A stretch of 43,001 bases of DNA from Candidatus Viridilinea halotolerans. Lineage in GTDB: Bacteria > Chloroflexota > Chloroflexia > Chloroflexales > Chloroflexaceae. Shown here piece by piece: positions 1-8,780 of the stretch. The notes under the pieces are model-generated. The model was not told where the DNA came from. It worked only from the letters and a program-made list of their open reading frames with translations, and ran no database searches. The DNA lies in assembly GCA_003934145.1 (NCBI GenBank), contig RSAS01000195.1:1226-44226 (forward strand), read 5' to 3'. Position 1 is the stretch's first letter, and the number at the start of each line of letters is the position of its first letter. A program made the translations under genes and the position numbers.

Positions 1-1
1 G

Positions 2-1879
2 CAGGCTCAAGCCGCCGAGCGACCGCAGGAAGCGGCACAAGGGGCACAGGGAGCGACACCGCCTGTGATCCATGTGCAGGCTCAAGCCGCCGAGCGACCG
101 CAGGAAGCGGCACAAGGGGCACAGGGAGCGCCACCGCCTGTGATCCATGTGCCACTTGAAGCCGCTGAGCGAGTAGAGGAAGTGGCACAAGGGTCACAGG
201 AAGCGACACAAGGGTCACAGGGAGCGCCACATGGGGTACAGGGAGCGGCACAAGGGTCACGGGGAGCGCCACCGCCTGTGATCCATGTGCCACTTGAAGC
301 CGCTGAGCGAGCAGAGGAAGTGGCACAAGGGTCACAGGGAGCGACACATGGGGTACAGGAAGCACCGCCGCCTGTATCCCATGTGCCGCTTGAAGCGACA
401 CATGGGATACAGGGCGCACCACCGCCTGTGATCTATGTGCCACTTGAAGCCGCTGGGCGAGCAGAGGAAGCGGCACAAGGATCACAGAAAACGACACATG
501 GGATACAGGGAGCGCCGCCGCCTGTGATCCATGTGCTGCTTCAAGCCGCTGAGCGATCGCAGGAAGCGGCACATGGGATACAGGAGGTACCGTCGTCTGT
601 ATCCCATGTGCATGCTGAAGCGGCACATGGGATACAGACGGCGGCACATGGGATACAGGAGATACCGTCGTCTGTATCCCATGTGCATGCTGAAGCGACA
701 CATGGGATACAGGAAGCGGCACATGGGATACAGGAGATACCGTCCGAAGCGACACATGGATCACAGGAAGCACCCAATTTCGCACAAACAAGCGAAAATC
801 CTGTATCCCATGTGCATGTTAAAGCGGCACATGGGATACGTTGTGGGAGTGTTGGATTGTATGTAAGTAGGTGGGAGGGAAACGCGCCCTCTCGCGTTTT
901 AGAAAATCACGATCCGCTACCACCGCCAGCCTCACCAGACCAAGGCATATTTGCCATGCATCCCAAGTGGGTATGGCGCGGTGATCTCTTTGCCCATCCA
1001 CTAGAGATTTGGAACCACGTAGGGAGAGAGCCACAGGCTAGCGATGTCTACGTACTCTATGCCATCGCCTCACAACACGATCTCTACACTGACGGCCACG
1101 GCTGGTACTGGGTTGGCCAAGCCATGCTCAAAGTAGCGGCCAGCGGCAAAAAGATCAGCGTGCCGCGCTTGGTCAAGATTCTCATGGATGACTGGCACGA
1201 CAATGACAACTATGGTGATGATAGCGATCAGCGCCAGCGCGAACCACTTTTGTTGGGCAACGGTCAACCACGAGCCGCTTTCGAGAAGACGCTTGATCTT
1301 TCGTTGCGGCCTGAAGCACTTGAAACAGACAGCGCACCTATGACGAATGGTGCTACAGAAGAAACAAGCCCAGGAGAGGCCACCGCAGCCCCTAGGAGCC
1401 ACGAAACAAACTCGAATGGCTCGGAACACAGAGCCCAAAGGAACGGAGCCGCAGAACACACAACCAGACCAAGCCCAGCGCCGCGTGACAGCAGCAAACT
1501 CCTGGCGCATCCAGCGTGCCAAGCCTACCTGGAAGCCTTTGACACCACGCTCAATCTCGAGCAGATCAACAGAATCACCGAGACGGTTCACGATCTCGTA
1601 TTGTGGCGCAAAGTACTAGCCGACTGGCAGGCTAACGGCTGGCGTGAACAGAGCGTGCTCAAAATGCTCGACCGTTACACCAAAGAGGTTGACGCCGCCA
1701 ATCCACACGAAGACATGGAGAGTATCATATGGATTCAATGCCATCCTGATCTCGATATAGACGAGCGAGTAAAATGGAGTCACCGCTTCCGTGCAGCTAC
1801 TGCTAGCAGCGAACGGCGGGCCATCATTGCCGAACTGCTGAAGAAGCATCCAACACGAAGGGAAGATCTGCTTTTATGA
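2..1879 (+). CDS. Putative replication initiator (repeat-rich linker, C-terminal DnaD-like region); 5'-truncated by the window edge
   Basis: The frame is open from base 2. The N-terminal part is low-complexity repeats. The C-terminal segment AHPACQAYLEAF...LNLEQINRITETV...WRKVLADWQANGW resembles DnaD/phage replisome-organiser domains. The stop overlaps the dnaB start (ATGA 1876-1879). Confidence 0.6.
   Translation, partial: QAQAAERPQEAAQGAQGATPPVIHVQAQAAERPQEAAQGAQGAPPPVIHVPLEAAERVEEVAQGSQEATQGSQGAPHGVQGAAQGSRGAPPPVIHVPLEAAERAEEVAQGSQGATHGVQEAPPPVSHVPLEATHGIQGAPPPVIYVPLEAAGRAEEAAQGSQKTTHGIQGAPPPVIHVLLQAAERSQEAAHGIQEVPSSVSHVHAEAAHGIQTAAHGIQEIPSSVSHVHAEATHGIQEAAHGIQEIPSEATHGSQEAPNFAQTSENPVSHVHVKAAHGIRCGSVGLYVSRWEGNAPSRVLENHDPLPPPASPDQGIFAMHPKWVWRGDLFAHPLEIWNHVGREPQASDVYVLYAIASQHDLYTDGHGWYWVGQAMLKVAASGKKISVPRLVKILMDDWHDNDNYGDDSDQRQREPLLLGNGQPRAAFEKTLDLSLRPEALETDSAPMTNGATEETSPGEATAAPRSHETNSNGSEHRAQRNGAAEHTTRPSPAPRDSSKLLAHPACQAYLEAFDTTLNLEQINRITETVHDLVLWRKVLADWQANGWREQSVLKMLDRYTKEVDAANPHEDMESIIWIQCHPDLDIDERVKWSHRFRAATASSERRAIIAELLKKHPTRREDLLL
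36..840. repeat. Array of 15-bp motifs (CACATGGGATACAGG and variants) in direct and inverted orientation; iteron-like candidate origin
   Basis: Forward copies at e.g. 399, 495, 570, 624, 645, 699, 720, 828. Reverse-complement copies (CCTGTATCCCATGTG, or TCTG- variants) at 371, 596, 671, 800, and CCTGTGATCCATGTG at 62, 137, 521. Confidence 0.75.
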
Positions 1880-3198
1880 TTGAACGCATGGTTCCGTATG
1901 ACATTCCAGCCGAACGTGTTGTTTTAGGCTCACTACTCATGGAGCGTGAAGCCATTATTGCGGTGAATGACAAGCTTCACCCCGATGATTTCTACTTAGA
2001 AAAACATGGTCTTATCTATGAAGCCATCGTTGCATGTTTCAGCCAGCGCATCCCTCCCGACATAAGCACCGTCTCTTCAGAACTACGCCGACGAGAACGC
2101 ATCGATCTCGTCGGTGGTGTTTCATTCCTAACCGAGTTGATTGTGGAAGTTCCCACCGCCGTGCATGTGGAGTACTATGCTCAAACCGTCATCATGGCTG
2201 CAATTCGACGGCGTCTCATTGCGGCTGGCGGCGCGATCGCAGCTCTGGGCTTTAACCAGCAAACGCCGCTCGAAGAGGCATTAGATGCTGCGGAACAGCA
2301 GATCTACGCCATTAGTCAGCAGCAACGAGGCAGTGATTTTCTCCCGATTAGTCTAGTGGCGCAACAATACTTTGACGCAGCCGAAGGAGACACTGATGCG
2401 GGCCTTGTGCCAACTGGTCTGATCGACCTCGATCAGCGGCTTGGGGGAGGGTTACGTGCTCACCAACTTGTACTCATAGCAGCTCGACCCAGTATGGGAA
2501 AATCGGGTTTAGCTATGAGTATTGCGCATCATTTGGGCATTAAAAGACGGCGCAATGTAGCAATTGTTTCGTTAGAGATGGGGCGCCACGAAATTATGGA
2601 GCGCCTCATCGCGATACACACCGGCATAAACACTCAAGAGATTGCTCAACGCATGAAACGAGGCGATCCACTCATTGTCAATGCGCTTGCCAAGATCGCG
2701 TCTGGAGCGATTAAAATAGAGGACAATACGGGCATTTCAGTGATGGATGTCTGCTCGAAGGCACGACGCTTAGCCACACGCGAACCGCTCGATTTGCTGA
2801 TCATAGATTACCTTCAACTTCTCGATAGCGGTACCGATCGCTCGCAAAATCGCAACGAAGAGGTAGCCCAGATCTCCCGCAAACTCAAGCGTCTTGCCGG
2901 CGAACTGCACTGCCCGGTCATTGCCCTCTCGCAGCTCTCACGGGCGGTGGAGAGTCGCCAAATGAAAGTTCCGCAACTCTCCGACCTGCGCGATAGCGGC
3001 AGCCTTGAGCAAGACGCCGATATTGTGCTCTTCATTTATCGGGATGACGCCTACATGCCAGCCAATCAGCCACGCACCAACACCGCCGAAATTCATGTAG
3101 CCAAACAGCGCAACGGCCCTGTTGGTGTCACGACAGTACGGTTTAACGCCCCGACAACACACTTCACCAACCTTACGAATCGCTCTCAGGCTGAGTGA
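1876..3198 (+). CDS. dnaB: Replicative DNA helicase
   Basis: N-terminal P..AE..VLG motif, Walker A AARPSMGKS, SLEM, IIDYLQL, LSQLSRAVE, SDLRDSGSLEQDAD, AKQRNGP. Confidence 0.97.
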   Translation: MIERMVPYDIPAERVVLGSLLMEREAIIAVNDKLHPDDFYLEKHGLIYEAIVACFSQRIPPDISTVSSELRRRERIDLVGGVSFLTELIVEVPTAVHVEYYAQTVIMAAIRRRLIAAGGAIAALGFNQQTPLEEALDAAEQQIYAISQQQRGSDFLPISLVAQQYFDAAEGDTDAGLVPTGLIDLDQRLGGGLRAHQLVLIAARPSMGKSGLAMSIAHHLGIKRRRNVAIVSLEMGRHEIMERLIAIHTGINTQEIAQRMKRGDPLIVNALAKIASGAIKIEDNTGISVMDVCSKARRLATREPLDLLIIDYLQLLDSGTDRSQNRNEEVAQISRKLKRLAGELHCPVIALSQLSRAVESRQMKVPQLSDLRDSGSLEQDADIVLFIYRDDAYMPANQPRTNTAEIHVAKQRNGPVGVTTVRFNAPTTHFTNLTNRSQAE

Positions 3199-3326
3199 AG
3201 GCAGCATTTATGGTATTTGCTAAGTCCTTGGAGCAGGCCTCAAATCTCCTCTTCTCTTGCGGCCTGGCGGTAAAGTCGCCACTGCACAACAAGAAAATCT
3301 TCGAGAACTCCTTTGCTACAATAGCC

Positions 3327-3356
3327 TTGACACGACGTGCATGACTATGGTATAAG
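3327..3356 (+). promoter_or_regulatory. Sigma70-type promoter candidate
   Basis: TTGACA (3327-3332), 18-bp spacer, TG-extended TATAAG (3351-3356), upstream of ORF 3385. Confidence 0.5.
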
Positions 3357-3384
3357 GATTTACATTTGATTAGCGGGGTTTCGC

Positions 3385-4074
3385 ATGCCAAATTTTTTAA
3401 TTACTGCAATTCTAATAAGCTACTTCATATTTATCACTACAGCATATGTGTCTTGGGTGCAATTGCAGACAATTGTAGTTACGGGAAATATTCGAATTTT
3501 CCCGTCTATTACAGAGAAGATAGATTTTTTGCTTACTAATCCTATACTAAAGTGTTTATTTATACTTATGTTCGGTACCGTGTTATCTAACACGCACTAT
3601 TGGATTCCTGAACAAACTGTATGGGTGGTCTCTTTCATTCTATTAGGTCTTGCATTGCTATGTTCTCACAGTATAATATTTAGATCTAAAAAACACTGGA
3701 AAATTATTACACAATCAGAACGAATTAATTTAGTGTTTTCGATTTGTTCTTTATCTATTATTTCACCTGCGCTGATTGTGTTAGCAGTAGGCGTTGTTAT
3801 TGCACGGTGTTTTTGGGTAGCCAGCAATTCAACTGGTATCCAAAGAAATTTCTTAGCTATGGTGCAGATGGCAGGTGTTTTCTGTGAATTGATCAGAAAA
3901 ATTATTGAAAATGTAACTCGATTTATATATTTATTTATACTTTTTAATAAAATATTTCTACAGTTAACTTCTTCTATACAAAAATTTTGGCAGCGTGAAT
4001 CATTTCAGAATATCTTTTCGTGTTTTGTTCGATCTCGTCTTGCTCCTCGCGCCCCGCCCCCACTCTTGATTTAG
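3385..4074 (+). CDS. AT-rich multi-pass membrane protein with a C-terminal RAPP motif
   Basis: 229-aa ORF with several hydrophobic segments, ending ...SRLAPRAPPPLLI. Confidence 0.5.
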   Translation: MPNFLITAILISYFIFITTAYVSWVQLQTIVVTGNIRIFPSITEKIDFLLTNPILKCLFILMFGTVLSNTHYWIPEQTVWVVSFILLGLALLCSHSIIFRSKKHWKIITQSERINLVFSICSLSIISPALIVLAVGVVIARCFWVASNSTGIQRNFLAMVQMAGVFCELIRKIIENVTRFIYLFILFNKIFLQLTSSIQKFWQRESFQNIFSCFVRSRLAPRAPPPLLI

Positions 4075-4208
4075 CGCATTGTGATGCAGAAAATTCAGTT
4101 GTTCTATTACCAACGACTTGTTGGCTGGTGAATGACTGAAGAGTTCTTTCCATAATCGTGCTTTTTAGTGTTTAAAAACACTAAATCGAATCTATATTAC
4201 CAGATTCG

Positions 4209-4287
4209 ATACAATCAAAAATCGAGATCATAGTATACAAAAGAAACTTTTTCTTTTGTACTCTTCACGATTTCTTTTTGATTGTAT
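4209..4287 (+). promoter_or_regulatory. Long AT-rich stem-loop upstream of the HEAT-repeat gene
   Basis: ATACAATCAAAAA (4209-4221) pairs with TTTTTGATTGTAT (4275-4287). The inner stem is TACAAAAGAA/TTCTTTTGTA. Confidence 0.5.
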
Positions 4288-4299
4288 TGGGATAATTAT

Positions 4300-4941
4300 A
4301 TGCACCATAATAATCGCATAACTATTTTAAGTGCTGCTTTTGCGACTCAGATCCTTCGGGCTAAGCAGAGCTCGATCCCCAAGCGCAAGGCAGTGCTACG
4401 AAAGATTTTTGAAGGCTATGTTGATGCCAGTCTGCTGCCTATGATGCTGGATTGGATGGTGACTGAATCTTGCCCTGGAGTGTCACGAATCATTGCAGGC
4501 AATCTAGGTGCATTTGGCTCAAGTTCGGTTTTGCCGATTCTAGAACTGCTGGCATCATCGCAATTCAACATTGTTAATTTGCGGCCAATGCTTCTGAAAT
4601 CGCTATCTGTTTTGCATAAGGAAGCTTTGCCAATCATCCAACAGGCACTGCAAGACAAGTGCACTAGTCGTCAGCTAGGTGCGATCACCGCTGTGGTTGA
4701 AATCTTTCCTCGCAATGTGCGGCTTGTTCTCCCGTTGTTGCGGCATGCTCATTGGCATGTGCGTTTGGAATCGGTCAAGGCACTTGGTCTATCGAGCGAT
4801 CTCTCAGATGTTGCGCCGTTGCTAGATGTCATGCGGCAAGACCGGCATGGTGACGTGCGTCTGGCAGCCTGCGTAGCGATTCAAGCAATTAATCGCAACG
4901 TGGGTCGCTCTCTACAGGGTGTGACCAAAATGTGTAGCTAG
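4300..4941 (+). CDS. HEAT-repeat (PBS lyase-like) protein
   Basis: LLRHAHWHVRLESVKALG and QDRHGDVRLAACVAI are HEAT units. ATG 4300 is preferred over TTG 4282. Confidence 0.75.
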   Translation: MHHNNRITILSAAFATQILRAKQSSIPKRKAVLRKIFEGYVDASLLPMMLDWMVTESCPGVSRIIAGNLGAFGSSSVLPILELLASSQFNIVNLRPMLLKSLSVLHKEALPIIQQALQDKCTSRQLGAITAVVEIFPRNVRLVLPLLRHAHWHVRLESVKALGLSSDLSDVAPLLDVMRQDRHGDVRLAACVAIQAINRNVGRSLQGVTKMCS

Positions 4942-4942
4942 G

Positions 4943-5010
4943 GTGTGCGAGGGAACCTGCTTCCCTCGCATCCTTCATCACTCCTAAGGGGTGTAGGGCC
5001 TCGCCCTACA
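4943..5010. repeat. Two adjacent GC-rich hairpins (REP-like or terminator-like)
   Basis: TGCGAGGGAA-CCTGC-TTCCCTCGCA and TGTAGGGC-CTC-GCCCTACA lie right after the stop codon. Confidence 0.45.
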
Positions 5011-5075
5011 GATTTTGGTCACACCTGTCTCTGCACCGCGTTACGGCACATGTATTCTATTAGTTTGGAGCAACA

Positions 5076-5948
5076 ATGACTACGTTTGGTCGCCATCGCT
5101 GCACACAGCATGACGATGGCATGTTTCGCTGTGCTGCATGCGGTGGCACATGGAAAAGCATTCCAATGGGAGGTTGCCCATCACAACGAGTAGCAAGCAA
5201 TCTTAGCAGTCGGGGGCGACCACGTTTGCCGTGTCGTCAATGTGCCCAGATGCCTTCTGTGAAAAATGGACTGTGCGCTCGTTGCGTCGAAACACTACGT
5301 CAGTGCGAGCAGCGTGAACGCGCAGCACAGATTCAACAAGATCGTCAGGCAGCGGTGATACTTGCACAGCAGATTGAGCAGTATCGCTATGCGGCTCTGG
5401 CCATTCGCTGCTTAGGTTTTGGTGTGCGCGCAGGACTCTGCCAGATCGTTGTTGTGGATCACGATGGCATCGTTATTTGGCAGAGCTACTTGCGCCCTTT
5501 GCATGATGTCGCTTCTCCCTCTCAGCGCAAATACTCTATTGCACAAGCTCAGTTTACACGAGCCCCCCTGTTTGTAGAGGTGGCACAGGATCTCTTTGAG
5601 GCTTTGGAGGGGCACAGCATACTTGTGGACGGTGATCGGTTTGTCTCTGGAGTTTTGAAACGAGCGTGCGATGATGCTGGCTGGAATGGCTTGCCCGGAT
5701 CGAGCTGGTTCTGCATGCGCGATTTGTATGCGCGATTTGTGGGCGAGTGGTCACCTCGGGCGAAGAAGTATCGTGCGCAACCACTTCCCGAACGACGACT
5801 AGGTGCGGTAGTGGAAGCTACAGCGATTCTTAATCGGCAACGCATGATTTGTGGTTTACCACCACTTCCCGTACCACCGCTTTTGAGCTTCTCATCTCGC
5901 GGATGGTGTGTTAGTGACGAACGGCCCGATGAAGCTGATGCACTTTAA
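5076..5948 (+). CDS. Zn-finger + DEDDh 3'-5' exonuclease-like protein with degenerate catalytic residues
   Basis: N-terminal CxxC pairs. The scaffold QIVVVDHDG...LRP...AP.F.EV...WFCMRDLYARFVGEW...YRAQPL matches DnaQ-like exonucleases of mobile elements, but the DxE, FD and HxAxxD motifs are replaced. Confidence 0.6.
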   Translation: MTTFGRHRCTQHDDGMFRCAACGGTWKSIPMGGCPSQRVASNLSSRGRPRLPCRQCAQMPSVKNGLCARCVETLRQCEQRERAAQIQQDRQAAVILAQQIEQYRYAALAIRCLGFGVRAGLCQIVVVDHDGIVIWQSYLRPLHDVASPSQRKYSIAQAQFTRAPLFVEVAQDLFEALEGHSILVDGDRFVSGVLKRACDDAGWNGLPGSSWFCMRDLYARFVGEWSPRAKKYRAQPLPERRLGAVVEATAILNRQRMICGLPPLPVPPLLSFSSRGWCVSDERPDEADAL

Positions 5949-5957
5949 GGTACTCTC

Positions 5958-6554
5958 ATGACCAGCAATTCACCCCCCCACCCACCAATGATTCTGCGTT
6001 TTCTACGCCGCCGTGATGTCTTAGCGCGTCTAGCGGTAATCCTCCTGGCTCTCAATGCTAGTTGGGGCGTATTTCACTTCGGTTGCTTAGTTGCGCCTTG
6101 GCCTGTAGCGGCCATTGGTGCCGCTGCATTCGAACTCTGCTACATCGGTTTAGCCTCACTCGATCTTTCAGGTGATCGTCAACGACGGGCACGCCGCATT
6201 GCTGCGACAGCCGTTGCCTGTTCTATCATCTTCAATTTGCTTTCAGGTCTGAAGTATATGCAACCTAATCTATTCCAGGACTCGCCTCTGTGGCTATTGT
6301 TTGTCCTTTCGCTTGTCCATGCAGTGCCTCTTTCGTGGCTAAGCTACCAATTGGCAGATCTGATTATTCACTCACCAGAAGTAATCATGCCACAGGAGCC
6401 GGTAGAGACTCTGCTTGCCCTCCCGATAGCGGCACCTGAGAGTAGTCGGCGCTATCCATGCCCCGGATGCCAGCAGATGCTTACGCAGGGGGAGTATGGT
6501 GCTGCGGTACGGCGGGGTTATTGCCGCCAATGCAAAACGAAGGAGCCAGCTTAG
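5958..6554 (+). CDS. Membrane protein (about 4 TM, SpdA/DUF2637-like) with a C-terminal Zn ribbon
   Basis: Hydrophobic helices; C-terminal CPGC...CRQC. Confidence 0.55.
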   Translation: MTSNSPPHPPMILRFLRRRDVLARLAVILLALNASWGVFHFGCLVAPWPVAAIGAAAFELCYIGLASLDLSGDRQRRARRIAATAVACSIIFNLLSGLKYMQPNLFQDSPLWLLFVLSLVHAVPLSWLSYQLADLIIHSPEVIMPQEPVETLLALPIAAPESSRRYPCPGCQQMLTQGEYGAAVRRGYCRQCKTKEPA

Positions 6555-6825
6555 CTGGGAGTTGTGCCGGTATGAAGCCGGTAGGCATGTCGCCCCCTAC
6601 CGGCTTGTCCTGCCCTTGTACCGGCAGGCTAGTCCAGCACATTTGAAAAAACTCTTTACACTATGTTTGCGTTTACGCTACGGTTACGCTGCGTAACAGA
6701 GGGCGACCAGACAATTTATACTTGGAGTTGCTCTGGCATGGTGTCTCTCCGAGGGATTGTTGCTGTGTAAGTGACCAGACGGGTTCTCATTCCGCCTCAT
6801 CAAATCACCCATAAGAAGAGAGCTT

Positions 6826-7686
6826 ATGAGCGTAGGAAAACGAGCAGCATTGACCACACTGGACGCGCTCTGTTGTGATGAACAGGCCGCTCTGTTGGCA
6901 CTGGCGCACACTGGTGGGATGACAACGGGACAATTGCAAACGATCTGCTGGCGTGAGCGGAGTCGGCGTACCGCACAGCAGGGCCTGAGTCGGATGGAAC
7001 ATAAAGGGCTGATTGTCCAGCATCACCGATCTGTGCATAGCCAAGATCGAACCTATCGCCTACCTTCGTTGTGGGAGTTGGTGCGAAGAGGTGCTGGTCT
7101 TGTGAGGAAGCATCCATTGTCGCCTGAGAATTCTGCCAGCCTGGCAGGACGCACCCTAGAACGTGCTGAGCGTCTAGGTGCGGTGGTGGTGGCGCTTGTA
7201 TCACAGACTCCGGAGCTTGCGGGTCTTTGTGTCACACTGCACCCATCCATTCACCCTGATCAACCTCGACATGGAAATAGCGATGCACTGCTATTCCTCC
7301 ACCGGTGGCTCACATCACTTGAGGCGACAGATCAGCCCTCTACAACGCCATGGTTGCCGACGATGGATTTTGATAGCTACAGGGGTAGGGCGTTGCTTAT
7401 TGAACTGGATGATGGTCTCTCTGCATCTGGCCTACGTTGCCAGGCAGAGCGCTATGCGCGTCCGAGAGTTTGGCGGAATTCTACGCTTGGCGAAGAACCG
7501 CTACCGCTCTGGGTTCTTTCTGATCCGCAACGACGCAATGTAATCGCAAGAAACTTTGGGTCATTGTGGGGAGAGCGTTGGCTCAGCGTGGCAATACCAG
7601 AGATCCAATTGCCGCAGTGGACACTGTGGGAAGGTGCGAAGATTGTACGTACTTCCTCTTTAGGTGCTGTATTGGATGTGTGCTAA
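6826..7686 (+). CDS. Replication-relaxation family protein
   Basis: N-terminal wHTH (LAHTGGMTTGQL...RRTAQQGLSRMEHKGLI...ELVRRGA), then a PD-(D/E)xK-like SDALL...LLIELDDG...AERY core. Confidence 0.65.
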   Translation: MSVGKRAALTTLDALCCDEQAALLALAHTGGMTTGQLQTICWRERSRRTAQQGLSRMEHKGLIVQHHRSVHSQDRTYRLPSLWELVRRGAGLVRKHPLSPENSASLAGRTLERAERLGAVVVALVSQTPELAGLCVTLHPSIHPDQPRHGNSDALLFLHRWLTSLEATDQPSTTPWLPTMDFDSYRGRALLIELDDGLSASGLRCQAERYARPRVWRNSTLGEEPLPLWVLSDPQRRNVIARNFGSLWGERWLSVAIPEIQLPQWTLWEGAKIVRTSSLGAVLDVC

Positions 7687-7759
7687 TCTGGTTTATTGCA
7701 ATGCTTTTTGATCGAAATTTAGATAGAGACGACGTTCGTTGAGCGGTTGAAGGATGGCC

Positions 7760-7802
7760 GGAGGGTTTCCGGAGAGGGCTTTGCCCTCCCCGAAAACCCT
7801 CC
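7760..7802. repeat. GC-rich stem-loop (REP-like)
   Basis: GGAGGGTTT...GAGGGC-TTT-GCCCTC...AAACCCTCC. Confidence 0.5.
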
Positions 7803-8273
7803 CCTTTAAGAAGCAACTACGCCTCCTTGAGCTGCGCTGCCAGTGCCCGCAGGTGCTTCGCCATCGCCTGCCACGGTGCGCCGCGTTGCTGCTCGGCTTG
7901 GGCTGCAGCATCGATTTTGAGGAACTCAGCGCATCCTGATCACCACTATCCGATATCCTGCATCCATTCCTAACAAACGCCACTAGCCGGATCAGATGTC
8001 CCCCAATGCTCGTGAACGAATGCTAGTTGGCCTGTTAGGAGCGAGCGTGTGATTTACAACGCTATCGAAAAATTTCACAAAGTTGTGCGTGCTATCGGTG
8101 CTTACCAACTAGCTTGTCTCAGAACTCTCGGCTCAGAAGCATGGAACTAGGACAAGTTGGCCCCAGAATCGTGCTATACTTCCGCTCATCACCCCTGGTT
8201 TACCCAAAAGTTCTGCGCTCCAACTTGTCGGAGAATCGTCCGAGGCCGCGAGGTAGCCAAAGAAAGGCTCGGT

Positions 8274-8780
8274 ATGGGAGCCGTAGCCGATGACCCCGAG
8301 GCGCTCAGCGCCTTCATTGAGACGCTGGGTGCGAAAGACCCGAAGACGATCGTCGCCTACCGCACCGTCCTCCGAGCCTTCGTCGCCTGGCTTGCGCAGC
8401 AGCCTGGTGGTCAGCCCTTTCGCATGGAGATTGTCACCGAGACGTCCGTTCGCGGTTACCTCGAACACCTCACTGCCCTCGGCCGCGCTCCGCAGACCCG
8501 TGCCAAGGCCCGTACCGCCTTGCACCGCTTCGGTCGCTGGGCGCAGGCCGAGGGGCTGCTCCGGCGCAACCCCGTCGCCGCTGTCGAGCGGCCCACTATC
8601 GCTACCCTGGCTCCAACAGAGTTGACCCCCGAGGCCCGCTTCGTCATCAAGTCCCTGGCTGAGCGTGCCGACTCACCCCGCCTCGCCGCCCTGGTTGCCC
8701 TCGGCTACTGGGCCGGGCTCCGCATCAGCGAGATCGCCCTCCTGGAGCTGGAGCACTGCCAGGTCAACCAGCGTGTCGGC
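8274..8780 (+). pseudogene. Tyrosine recombinase N-terminal fragment (TnpI/Xer-like)
   Basis: The SAM-like N-domain (KTIVAYR...RRNPV) and box I GLRISE are present. The HxxR and catalytic Tyr regions are missing because the sequence switches to tnpA near 8780. Confidence 0.85.

Noticed and set aside
36-840. Possible CRISPR array in the repeat region
   Set aside because: The repeats are 15 bp, irregularly spaced, in both orientations, lack unique spacers and lie within an open frame. No cas genes are in the window.
482-866. Repetitive ORFs 482..757(-), 531..866(+) and 541..777(-)
   Set aside because: They are by-products of the palindromic repeat array in alternative frames of the Rep-like gene.
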